Assembly: GCA_046541715.1 (NCBI GenBank)
Contig: JBKHCS010000004.1
Location: 2,486 to 66,485, forward strand
DNA from: Spirochaetaceae bacterium
GTDB lineage: Bacteria > Spirochaetota > Spirochaetia > DSM-27196 > PWMO01
Direction of reading: 5' to 3'
Length of the DNA stretch: 64,000 nucleotides
Below the pieces are notes generated by a model that worked only from the letters and a program-made list of their open reading frames with translations, was not told the DNA's origin and searched no databases. How positions within the stretch are numbered: the stretch's first letter is position 1; every line of letters begins with the position of its first letter. Both the position numbers and the translations under genes were made by a program. Positions 29,556 to 37,788 of this stretch are shown piece after piece.

Positions 29556-30545
29556 ATGCATGTGGTCGTAGTCGGCGGCGCCGGATACATCGGCAGCCAC
29601 GTTGTGCGCACCTTTCTCGATCGGGGTTTGGAGGTTACCGTCTTCGACAACCTCTCCAAGGGAAAGCGTGAGAATCTGTTTGCGGAAGCCCGGTTCTTCG
29701 AGGGAGATATTCTCGACGACGAAGCTCTCGATCTCTGTCTCCGGGGCGAGACCGGGGCGCCGGTCGACGCGGTGGTCCACCTCGCGGCCCTCAAGGCGGC
29801 CGGGGAGTCCATGGAAGAACCGAGCCGGTACGCACTTAACAACATAGCCGGCAGCGTAAAGCTCTTCGCCGCGATGGACCGCGCCGGGGTCTCTCACTGC
29901 GTCTTCTCGTCCTCCGCGGCGGTCTACGGAGAGCCGGACTATCTTCCGGTCACCGAAGACCACCCGACACGGCCGGAAAACTTTTACGGCTTTACGAAGC
30001 TCGAGATCGAGAGGCTTCTCGAATGGTACCAGCAGCTCGACAGGATCCGCTCCGCCTCATTGCGCTACTTCAATGCGGCGGGGTACGATCCGGACGGCCG
30101 GGTCGGGAGCCTTGAAGAGAGCCCGGCAAACCTGGTGCCGGTGGTCATGGAAGTAGCTCTCGGCGCCCGGCCCCACCTCGATATCTTCGGGGACGACTTT
30201 CCAACCCGCGATGGGACCGGCGTTCGCGACTACATCCACGTCAGCGATCTCGCAGAGGCCCACCTGTTGGCCCTCGACTACATTCAGAAGGAAGGAAAGA
30301 GCCTTACGGTGAATCTGGGAAGCGAGCGGGGCACCAGCGTCTTCGAAGTACTCGACGCCGCCCGCCGCATCTCCGGCCGGGAGATCCCCGGGCGGATCGT
30401 CCCACGCCGGGCCGGGGATCCGGCGGAGTTGGTTGCCTCCTCGGAGACGGCGAAGCGTCTCCTCGGGTGGGAACCGCGCTACAGCGACATCGAAACGATT
30501 CTAGATACCACTTGGCGTACCTACCGCCGCTTCTTCGCCCCTTGA
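29556..30545 (+). CDS. galE: UDP-glucose 4-epimerase
   Basis: 329 aa from ATG 29556. It has the VVGGAGYIGSH Rossmann motif and the YGFTK (YxxxK) catalytic motif. The upstream ORF-track extension is antisense to pfk. Confidence 0.9.
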   Translation: MHVVVVGGAGYIGSHVVRTFLDRGLEVTVFDNLSKGKRENLFAEARFFEGDILDDEALDLCLRGETGAPVDAVVHLAALKAAGESMEEPSRYALNNIAGSVKLFAAMDRAGVSHCVFSSSAAVYGEPDYLPVTEDHPTRPENFYGFTKLEIERLLEWYQQLDRIRSASLRYFNAAGYDPDGRVGSLEESPANLVPVVMEVALGARPHLDIFGDDFPTRDGTGVRDYIHVSDLAEAHLLALDYIQKEGKSLTVNLGSERGTSVFEVLDAARRISGREIPGRIVPRRAGDPAELVASSETAKRLLGWEPRYSDIETILDTTWRTYRRFFAP

Positions 30546-31207
30546 TTCCTCCCGGCGGCTATGCACTCCGATAGTCGCCAAGGAGCCGAGGATCAAGCTC
30601 CCCCCGACAAAGGACCGGAAGGTAACCAGGTCGCCGAAGACCAGGTAGCCGAGGACCGCGGCGATGAGAATCCGGGTTGCTGAGATTAGAGAGCCTTCCG
30701 ACGCGGGGACGTGCCGATAGCCGACGGTCAGAAGGGTCTGGGCGACGAGGGAGCAACCGCTTCCTCCGAGTGCCCAGAGGAGCGCCTCCCGGAGTACCGA
30801 GAGGACCACGAGGAAGGAGCCGGCCATGGTGACGATCAGGAGCAAAAAGTAGAGGAGGGGCGATCTCTCCCGATTGAGAAGCGGCGCCAGTGCGAAGACA
30901 AAAACCGGTGCCGTCATATTCAGGAGGTTCGTTTTGGTAACCGTGGTAAGCGAAAGCGCGGTAAAGACCAACAGAACCGCCCCGCTGTTGCTCAAGCCCC
31001 GGAGGAAGACAAGCACGGGCGATTCGGCACGAGACGTTTCCGATTACGGATGACGAGGGGCAGAATGCCGACGATCCCAATCGCAAACCGGAGAAACGCG
31101 GCGGTCGGAGGACTCTTTCCCTCGGCTATCGCGAGTTTCATCAGGACGGTGACGCCGGAGAAGGCAAAGGCAGAGCCACAAAGCATCGATTGTCCGAGTA
31201 AGCGCAC
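30501..31207 (-). pseudogene. EamA/DMT-family transporter interrupted by a 1-nt frameshift
   Basis: The N-terminal fragment (31207..30992, ...VIRNRKRLVPNRP) and the C-terminal fragment (31016..30501, VLVFLRGLSNSG...) read as one continuous EamA-like sequence if one base is added or removed near 31010-31020. About 8 TM helices are visible instead of 10, so an internal deletion is also likely. Confidence 0.55.
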
Positions 31208-31213
31208 GGCTTC

Positions 31214-31432
31214 TTATCTCTCGGGACTTCCACGGTGCCCCGGCGCTACCTCGTAGACCGGACAGTGGTGTCCCGTGCTTTCGAATACGACAAGGCTGGG
31301 GAGCCTTCTTGACTTGAGTCCAAAGACCCGGCACCCCCTGGGAAATGCGGTCTCCCAGGTCACGTAGAAGTGCCGGCAGGTCAGGCAGTTCGGAGCGCTC
31401 TTCCCGGCGGACGCCGCTTGGGACTCGGGCAT
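31214..31432 (-). CDS. small four-cysteine protein (72 aa), function unknown
   Basis: CLTC-x16-C-x23-C pattern (CLTCRHFYVTWETAFPRGCRVFGLKSRRLPSLVVFESTGHHC). Start ATG 31432 is chosen because a promoter-like site sits just upstream. Confidence 0.5.
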   Translation of the reverse strand: MPESQAASAGKSAPNCLTCRHFYVTWETAFPRGCRVFGLKSRRLPSLVVFESTGHHCPVYEVAPGHRGSPER

Positions 31433-31442
31433 CGTTCCGGCT

Positions 31443-31471
31443 ATAGTAGAGCCTCCGGCTGCCCTCGTCAA
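31443..31471 (-). promoter_or_regulatory. sigma70-like promoter for the four-Cys gene
   Basis: TTGACG-17-TACTAT on the minus strand, then 10 nt to ATG 31432. Confidence 0.35.
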
Positions 31472-31493
31472 ACAGGGTCGAATATGCTACTCT

Positions 31494-31521
31494 TTGACCA
31501 CTGAACCATAGAGCGTATTTC
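31494..31521 (+). promoter_or_regulatory. sigma70-like promoter for the 255-aa gene
   Basis: TTGACC-16-TATTTC, then GAGGAGACCT and ATG 31532. Confidence 0.3.
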
Positions 31522-31531
31522 GAGGAGACCT

Positions 31532-32299
31532 ATGAAGATTCACTACTATTTGTCGGTAACTCCCCTCGAGGCGTTAATCGCCTCCCAGCTGGACCCGGAA
31601 CAATTCGGCTACTACATGTCGATGGGCAAGAAGAACGGCTCTTACGAGCGCATCATGTTCTTCGAAATCGAGGGCGGTTTCGGCGACTACTTTGATTGGA
31701 AATACGCGGAAGAGCGGTGCGTTCCTCACGAAGACGGGGCTCCGAAGAACTCCGTATGGGTTTCCGCCTACCGAGCCCTCGAGCACGTCGAGATGGACAA
31801 GTTCATGGCGCTCTATCTTACAACTCCCGACGGCCGGAGCCTGAAGATCGAGCCGGGAGATACTTCGGCGAAGTCGGAGAACCGGGGTTACTACGTCTAC
31901 CAGGAGATCTGCCCGAATACCCCTCTAGTCGTGAGCGCCCTCGACCCGCAAACCTTCGGCAAGTATCTAACGAATCCACAGTACCACATCGCGGTTCCGA
32001 AGGTCGTCTTCGCGGACCTCAAGACCGTGGACTTCGATAACTACGAGCGAACCGGGAATATCGGTGGAACCTACGACCGCAATCTCGAGCATCTGAGGGA
32101 GTGCATCAAGGACGTCAAGACACAGCCGCAGAAGCCCAACAAGAACGTCGAACGCTCGATGGACTCCTTCTCGTATCAGATAATCGACAGTGGGATCTAC
32201 GTGGTCACCGGAGATAAGATGGTGAGCTTCCCGATGCCGAGCATGGACGTTCTGCGGCAGGAGCATTTTTTCTGGGCCCGGTCCGCGAGAATACTCTAG
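31532..32299 (+). CDS. hypothetical protein (255 aa)
   Basis: Clean ORF with an ordinary amino-acid composition and a promoter and SD-like sequence upstream. No motif recognised. Confidence 0.65.
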   Translation: MKIHYYLSVTPLEALIASQLDPEQFGYYMSMGKKNGSYERIMFFEIEGGFGDYFDWKYAEERCVPHEDGAPKNSVWVSAYRALEHVEMDKFMALYLTTPDGRSLKIEPGDTSAKSENRGYYVYQEICPNTPLVVSALDPQTFGKYLTNPQYHIAVPKVVFADLKTVDFDNYERTGNIGGTYDRNLEHLRECIKDVKTQPQKPNKNVERSMDSFSYQIIDSGIYVVTGDKMVSFPMPSMDVLRQEHFFWARSARIL

Positions 32300-33522
32300 T
32301 CACTGCCCTTCTCGTCGTCGACAAGACAACACCCCCTGCGGAGGTCCGGGAGCTCTCGGGCCTCGCTCGGGCTGCGGGATTGACTATCGTCGAAACCGTC
32401 GAGGCGTCCCTTCGATCGCCCCACGCCGGATTGCTCTATTCCCCGGACTCTGCGCAGCGCATCGCCGACACCGCCGAGGAAGAGAATGCCGAGGTTCTGC
32501 TCTTCGACCGGGTCCTTACCCCGTCGCAGCAACGAAACTGGGAACGCCTAACCAAGCGGTCGGTAATCGATCGTCAAGAGGTAATTCTTCGCATATTCTC
32601 CCGGCAGGCGGTAACCCGGGAAGCCCAGCTCCAGGTCGAGCTTGCCGAGCTAAACTACTACCTTCCGCGGCTTCATAAGGCCTGGACCCACCTCTCCCGG
32701 CAACGGGGGGGCGCCGGAGCGACTCGAGGCGAAGGCGAAAAGCAGTTGGAAGCCGACCGCAGGACCCTCCTGAAGCGAATCCACCGGATAAAGAAAGAGC
32801 TCGAGGATGTGCAGGGCGAGCGGGCTCTCCGGCGGAAGCAGCGGAATGGTACCCTCTTGGGCTCCCTCGTCGGCTACACCAACGCCGGAAAATCAAGCCT
32901 CCTGAACGCCCTCTCGGGATCCGAAGTGCTGGTTGCCGACCGTCTCTTTGCCACCTTGGACCCGACGACCCGCCGGGTCGAGTTAGGGGGCGGCGCCACG
33001 GTGGCCCTTACCGACACGGTCGGCTTCGTCCGACGCCTACCGGAGGGCATCGTCGACGCCTTTCACGCGACACTCCAGGAAACCGTCGTCGGAGACTTCT
33101 TGATCGTGGTAATAGACGGATCGGATCCGGAGGCCGAGAGCCACTACCGCACAACCCGGGAGGTACTCTCGGGGATAGGCGCCTGGGACAAGCCCCGGTT
33201 GATCGTCGTGAACAAGAGCGACGCACCCTCCTTCCGGCCTGTCCTCCTCGAAGAGGAAGAACGCATCGTCTCGGTTTCCGTCAAGACCGGCGAAGGGCTC
33301 GACGCCCTCCGGGAAAGCATCCGGGATATCGCATCCCGGAGCTACCAGCGGATAGAGTGCCTGCTCCCGCCGGGGCGGAGCGACCTCGCGGCCTTGGCCC
33401 GGCGAACGGGACTGGTGCACCGGGAAGAGTACGACGCCGAGGGCATCCACCTTACGGCGGAGGTCCCGGCGCCGACGTTACGCCGCCTCGCGCCCTTCGA
33501 CCGCTATATATCCTTGATATAG
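32272..33522 (+). CDS. hflX: GTPase HflX
   Basis: QVELAELNYYLPRL, the G1 motif GYTNAGKSSLLN, DTVGF and NKSD. HflX-like N-terminal sequence (ALLVVDKTTPPAEVRELSGLARAAG) continues upstream of the first canonical start, TTG 32380. CTG 32272 with AGGAG 8 nt upstream is the only plausible earlier start. Confidence 0.85.
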   Translation: MGPVRENTLVTALLVVDKTTPPAEVRELSGLARAAGLTIVETVEASLRSPHAGLLYSPDSAQRIADTAEEENAEVLLFDRVLTPSQQRNWERLTKRSVIDRQEVILRIFSRQAVTREAQLQVELAELNYYLPRLHKAWTHLSRQRGGAGATRGEGEKQLEADRRTLLKRIHRIKKELEDVQGERALRRKQRNGTLLGSLVGYTNAGKSSLLNALSGSEVLVADRLFATLDPTTRRVELGGGATVALTDTVGFVRRLPEGIVDAFHATLQETVVGDFLIVVIDGSDPEAESHYRTTREVLSGIGAWDKPRLIVVNKSDAPSFRPVLLEEEERIVSVSVKTGEGLDALRESIRDIASRSYQRIECLLPPGRSDLAALARRTGLVHREEYDAEGIHLTAEVPAPTLRRLAPFDRYISLI

Positions 33523-34637
33523 ACCCGGTGCTTCTTGTACGGCCGGGCGCCGAGGGTCTCGACATCCGAGAGCATCAGCGCGGTGGTTTCGCCGATCTGG
33601 GTAAGATCGGCGTGCTCGAATCGGGGACCACCGGCGGTTAGCGTCAGCTCGTGATAGAGCAGGGCGTTTCCCCCGAGACGCTGATACTCCGGAAGAATAC
33701 CGGCCCCGTTGATGATCAACTGCTGGGTCCGGCGGAACTCCCGTTTAATGTCTATGATCGACCGGAGCGTAAGACGTCCGTCGGAGCGCTGCAGGGCCGC
33801 CGATAGATCCGGGAAGGTCAGCAGGTATCCTGCGTAGTCGCCGTCGTAGGTCAGAATCTTGATCAGTTTCGGGTCGGCGACCGACAGCAGGTCGGAAACC
33901 AGGCGGGCGAGTTCCGCCTCGGAAAACCGGTAGTTCTCCAAGTTCTCCCCGAGAGTCTCGTTGAACAGCGGGGCAAGCTTCTTGGCTTCCTTCTCGAGGT
34001 GCCGCTTGGAGGAGAAGCGCATAACCTTAAAGCGACCCCGCCGCAGGACCGCCTTCGCCAGACGCTCGACCTTGTCGGGAATCGAAAAGGTCCGTGGCGT
34101 GAGAGCGTACGAAATAAAATCGACCAGCTTTTCGAAGCCCAGGGATTCGAGGTGCGTCTGATAGTAGGGATGGTTGTAGAGCATCATCGTCATCGCGGCC
34201 CGATGCTCGAACCCGTCGATAAGGATACCACTCCCGGAGGGACCGCCGAAGAGCATCGGCCCCTCGAGCTCGTCGAGGCCCCGCCCCTTCCCCCAGGCCG
34301 CGGCGCGGCCTAAGAGGACCCGACTGATCTCCGGGTCGTCCTCCATATCTAAGAAGTAGAAATGCGCTCGCGAGCGGTTGTTCTGACTGTTGGAGGCCCG
34401 GTTGTCGAAGACGGCGACCCGTCCCACCGGCCGGCCGTCTCCGTACGCGACGAAAAAGGCTCCGTCGGAATGCTCGAAGAAGGGGTGCCGCTTCTCTACG
34501 ATCTCCCGGACATCCCGCCGGAGTCGGGGAACCCAATAGGGCGAGCCCCGGTAGATGGTGTGGGGAAGCTGTACGAAGTCCTCGATAACTCGGCGGTCTT
34601 TCGGTCCGATTTCGAGGACGGTAAACGCGTCTGACAT
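33504..34637 (-). CDS. GNAT-fold acyltransferase-like protein (377 aa)
   Basis: Start at ATG 34637 (MSDAFTVLEIG...). The C-terminal EYQRLGGNALL matches the GNAT Q/RxxGxG/A acyl-CoA motif. It overlaps the hflX 3' end by 19 nt (convergent). Confidence 0.65.
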   Translation of the reverse strand: MSDAFTVLEIGPKDRRVIEDFVQLPHTIYRGSPYWVPRLRRDVREIVEKRHPFFEHSDGAFFVAYGDGRPVGRVAVFDNRASNSQNNRSRAHFYFLDMEDDPEISRVLLGRAAAWGKGRGLDELEGPMLFGGPSGSGILIDGFEHRAAMTMMLYNHPYYQTHLESLGFEKLVDFISYALTPRTFSIPDKVERLAKAVLRRGRFKVMRFSSKRHLEKEAKKLAPLFNETLGENLENYRFSEAELARLVSDLLSVADPKLIKILTYDGDYAGYLLTFPDLSAALQRSDGRLTLRSIIDIKREFRRTQQLIINGAGILPEYQRLGGNALLYHELTLTAGGPRFEHADLTQIGETTALMLSDVETLGARPYKKHRVYIKDI

Positions 34638-34644
34638 GGGTCGA

Positions 34645-34672
34645 AGTATACGCACCTTCCGCCCTTTGATAA
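34645..34672 (-). promoter_or_regulatory. sigma70-like promoter, leaderless geometry, for the GNAT-like gene
   Basis: TTATCA-16-TATACT on the minus strand, then 7 nt to ATG 34637. The -35 overlaps the -35 of the divergent ogt promoter. Confidence 0.4.
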
Positions 34673-34693
34673 ATCTCTCCGATATGCTATAGT
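34666..34693 (+). promoter_or_regulatory. sigma70-like promoter, leaderless geometry, for ogt
   Basis: TTGATA-16-TATAGT, then 8 nt to GTG 34702. Confidence 0.4.
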
Positions 34694-34701
34694 TTGTTTC
34701 G

Positions 34702-35244
34702 GTGAAGGTACCGGAAGTCCGTTTGTACACGCACCGATACCAGTCTCCCATCGGGGAGCTCTTTCTGGCTGTTAACCGCCAAGGCCGAGTGATGCGACTC
34801 GGTTTCGAGGATCAGCGTCGCTTCCTTCCCGAGTACACCTTCGAAGAAAACAAATACGCCTGCGGCGAGGTTGAATACCAGCTCGACGAGTACTTTGCCG
34901 GTCGGCTCGAGCGATTCACCCTGGAGTTCGCCTTCCGGGGAACCGAATTTCAGCGGATGGTCTGGTCCCGGCTTCTCAAGGTGCCCTACGGAGCAACGAC
35001 TACCTACGGCGAGATCGCTCAAAAGGTCGGAAAGCGGGATGCCGCCCGAGCCGTCGGAAACGCCGTGGCCGCGAATCCCGTGGTTCTCATCATTCCCTGC
35101 CACCGGGTCCTTCCGGCTTCCGGTTCCGTCGGAAAGTACGCAGTGTCGAGTCTGAACGGCCGGGGAAGCACCGCCAAGAAGTGGCTCCTAAATCTCGAAG
35201 GCGCTCTGACGGCCGGCCAGCCGGAGCTGTCCCTAATCGCTTGA
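34702..35244 (+). CDS. ogt: methylated-DNA--protein-cysteine methyltransferase
   Basis: IIPCHRVL active-site motif (PCHRV), YGEIA and NPVVLIIP. Confidence 0.88.
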   Translation: MKVPEVRLYTHRYQSPIGELFLAVNRQGRVMRLGFEDQRRFLPEYTFEENKYACGEVEYQLDEYFAGRLERFTLEFAFRGTEFQRMVWSRLLKVPYGATTTYGEIAQKVGKRDAARAVGNAVAANPVVLIIPCHRVLPASGSVGKYAVSSLNGRGSTAKKWLLNLEGALTAGQPELSLIA

Positions 35245-35247
35245 CGG

Positions 35248-36819
35248 CTACCGCTTTACGAAAATTTGCAGAAGCTGAACGAAGTAGAAGATCTTCTTGT
35301 ACATGTCGAGGAGCCGGTCTTTGAGGTGGGCTTCGCTCCCCGCCTCGAGCTCCTTCCAGTTGATGACGAGCTGATGGTTCTCTTTTTCGAGATCCTCTAG
35401 AAGCTCTTTGACCTGCTTTGCGATAATGATCAGGTTCTGGGCGGCCTGATTGATCATGGTCTTAGCCTGCCCGTTGATCTGATCCACGAGTTGCTTGAGC
35501 AGCCGGTTGGAGTTCGCGTCCCGGTCGACCACCCTTCCCATCGCCTTCCGGAGACGAACCCCCAGCTCCCCCTCCTCGCCGAGGCTGTCGTCGAACTGCA
35601 AGACCTGGTCGGAAACCTGGAGGGTCTGGTGGTATGCGTCGGAGAAGCGCTTCGCCGTCATGTTGGCGGTCCACTTTCCCCGGACCAGGAGTTGATCCTG
35701 AACCACCTCTCGAATGTCTTTCTTGAAATAGTCGAGGAGAAACGCCTTGAGGTAGTTGAGCGCTTCGGTGTGGACGAAGCCGGCGACCATACGCTTGGAG
35801 AACATGGCGTTGGCCTTGTCGGTGTAGTTCTTGGTTCGGGAGACCGCGGGGGTTCCGAATACCTGGATCGCCAGCTGATCTATTCGGCCCTTCCGCCGCT
35901 CCGACATGATCTTCTGCACCGTCACCTCGGTGGCGCTCTTTAGATTGTTCAGATAGCCCTCGACGATCCGATCCCGGGCGACTCTCGGTGTCGGTACGTA
36001 CTGGGGATTCTTGTCGATGTGCTGGACCATCATCACGAAGATCCCGGAACGCCTAAGCTCCTCCATCGCGCCCAGAGTCTTTTTCCAGGCCGGGCGGGCG
36101 ATTACCTCCACCCCTTTGTACGCCTGGAGAATGTCGAGAACCCTGTCCCAGGGAAGGTCCTTCTCCAAGGGGATGGCAACCTCCAGGAAGTCCTTGATAT
36201 CGTCGGAGACATACTCGCCGTTGATCGCCTCGAACTTGGGCTTGTAGGAGTAGTCGTGCTCCGGAAGCGAGGAGTCGAACTTCTTGACGAGGAAGTAGTA
36301 GTCAAAAGCGACGAATCGGAGGAGTATCTGCACCGCGTTGTAGGTCGTGTTGATGGACTTTACGAGCTTTGCGTCGAAGGAGCCGAAGAGGGCCACCATC
36401 TTTTCTTTGATCAGAGAGGCGAGGGCCCTGGGATCGATTCCGTCGGCGATCTGCCGGATCTGCTCTTCGGCGAAAAAGTCGCGGGCTTCCCGCTGGGAAT
36501 CGGTCAAGAACGCGTCGACGGTAATCTGCCTGAGGGCCTGGGACTCTTGGGCATTCTGCAGCAGATTCTGCGCCGGTCCGACAACCTTGTAGATATCGAA
36601 AAAGAAACGGGCCAGGGTCGGCTGAACCTGCTCCCCCTTGGTCTTATAGAATTTCTGTTTCGCTTTGGAGAGGTGCTTGGCGATCTGTCGCAGCTGCCGC
36701 CGCTTCTCCCGCTCGGGATCGTCGCTTCTGAAGAGGGAGGAAATTAATCGGTCGAGAAAGCTGGACGGTTCCGGCGCCTTCTGTTCGGCGCCGGAAACCT
36801 CCTCGATTGGGCCGCCCAT
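35248..36819 (-). CDS. hypothetical alpha-helical protein (523 aa)
   Basis: Long clean ORF with a Lys/Glu/Leu-rich helical-looking sequence. I see no TM and no known motif. A promoter-like site abuts ATG 36819. Confidence 0.7.
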   Translation of the reverse strand: MGGPIEEVSGAEQKAPEPSSFLDRLISSLFRSDDPEREKRRQLRQIAKHLSKAKQKFYKTKGEQVQPTLARFFFDIYKVVGPAQNLLQNAQESQALRQITVDAFLTDSQREARDFFAEEQIRQIADGIDPRALASLIKEKMVALFGSFDAKLVKSINTTYNAVQILLRFVAFDYYFLVKKFDSSLPEHDYSYKPKFEAINGEYVSDDIKDFLEVAIPLEKDLPWDRVLDILQAYKGVEVIARPAWKKTLGAMEELRRSGIFVMMVQHIDKNPQYVPTPRVARDRIVEGYLNNLKSATEVTVQKIMSERRKGRIDQLAIQVFGTPAVSRTKNYTDKANAMFSKRMVAGFVHTEALNYLKAFLLDYFKKDIREVVQDQLLVRGKWTANMTAKRFSDAYHQTLQVSDQVLQFDDSLGEEGELGVRLRKAMGRVVDRDANSNRLLKQLVDQINGQAKTMINQAAQNLIIIAKQVKELLEDLEKENHQLVINWKELEAGSEAHLKDRLLDMYKKIFYFVQLLQIFVKR

Positions 36820-36825
36820 ACGGCT

Positions 36826-36855
36826 ACACTACGAAATATCTCCAATACCTGTCAA
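36826..36855 (-). promoter_or_regulatory. sigma70-like promoter, leaderless geometry, for the 523-aa gene
   Basis: TTGACA-18-TAGTGT on the minus strand, then 6 nt to ATG 36819. Confidence 0.4.
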
Positions 36856-37659
36856 TCAGCGAAAGCGGACCGATACTTCCTCCTGAAACTCAACCGAGAT
36901 ACCTTCGGTGTTTTGCAACAACTCCTGCACTTCGATCAGACTGTCTGCTTGATTCTCGATAAGGCGCCGGGTCGCTTCGGGGTCCTCGAGAATCCGGTTG
37001 AAGTCGATATCCATTAGGGTGATGGTGTTTCCGTCTCGATAGGCCGCCGTGGTGTCGACGATCGACCCCTGGACTTGGATGTCGAACCCGATCCTCATAT
37101 CCCGGTAGAACTCTGTCATGCCTTCGAGCTCCTCACTGGAAGGCGCGCCCTCGGCTTCTCCCATATCGAGCTCTTCCGCACCGTCGTCCTCCTCCGACTG
37201 GGGCATTGTCACCACAAGAGTGGCCGGGTTACCGCGGTCAAGGGAAAAGGCAACCAACTCTTCGGTGGTCTCGCCCGGATTCCCCGAGGGGACCGAGTCG
37301 CCGGGGTTCTGATTGATCCGCAGGTTGTTGATGTCGGTGAAGGCGAAAAAGGCCTTGTACCCCAGGCCGAAGGAGTTGTTTATCTGCTCTACCGACCGGA
37401 GCGTCACGCCGGAACCCATCGAGGCGGCCTCCTCTTCCAACTCGCCGTCCTCATAGAGCTCGAATTCCGCCGGAGTGGTCCCGGACATTCCGGCCAGCAT
37501 TTCGATGATCTCGTGCTTCATTACGAAGGTCCGCTCCACCTGACCCGAACCGTCGCGCTCCACCTTGACCGTGGTCTGAGACTGGAGACAGCCGCTGAGC
37601 AGAACGATCGCACCCAGGGCGAGAAACGCGAGGGGAGCCACCTTCTTTAGTCTTCGCAT
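36856..37659 (-). CDS. lipoprotein with an acidic C-terminal half (267 aa)
   Basis: The MRRLKKVAPLAFLALGAIVLLSGC signal has an LSGC lipobox. AAGGAAGGAAAG lies upstream of ATG 37659. Confidence 0.7.
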   Translation of the reverse strand: MRRLKKVAPLAFLALGAIVLLSGCLQSQTTVKVERDGSGQVERTFVMKHEIIEMLAGMSGTTPAEFELYEDGELEEEAASMGSGVTLRSVEQINNSFGLGYKAFFAFTDINNLRINQNPGDSVPSGNPGETTEELVAFSLDRGNPATLVVTMPQSEEDDGAEELDMGEAEGAPSSEELEGMTEFYRDMRIGFDIQVQGSIVDTTAAYRDGNTITLMDIDFNRILEDPEATRRLIENQADSLIEVQELLQNTEGISVEFQEEVSVRFR

Positions 37660-37698
37660 ACTTTCCTTCCTTATCTTGAGTAATTCGTGCGTCTTTCC

Positions 37699-37727
37699 AT
37701 TGTACCCCCTCGGCGGTTCGGTTTCCA
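37699..37727 (-). promoter_or_regulatory. candidate promoter for the lipoprotein gene
   Basis: TGGAAA-17-TACAAT on the minus strand, with a leader of about 35 nt that contains the SD. Confidence 0.3.
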
Positions 37728-37754
37728 CCGAGGAACGGCCTTGCGCTCCGGCGC

Positions 37755-37783
37755 TTGAAGCAGTCGTCTTGTGAAACTATAGT
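37755..37783 (+). promoter_or_regulatory. sigma70-like promoter, leaderless geometry, for the aminotransferase gene
   Basis: TTGAAG-17-TATAGT, then 5 nt to ATG 37789. Confidence 0.4.
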
Positions 37784-37788
37784 AGGGC

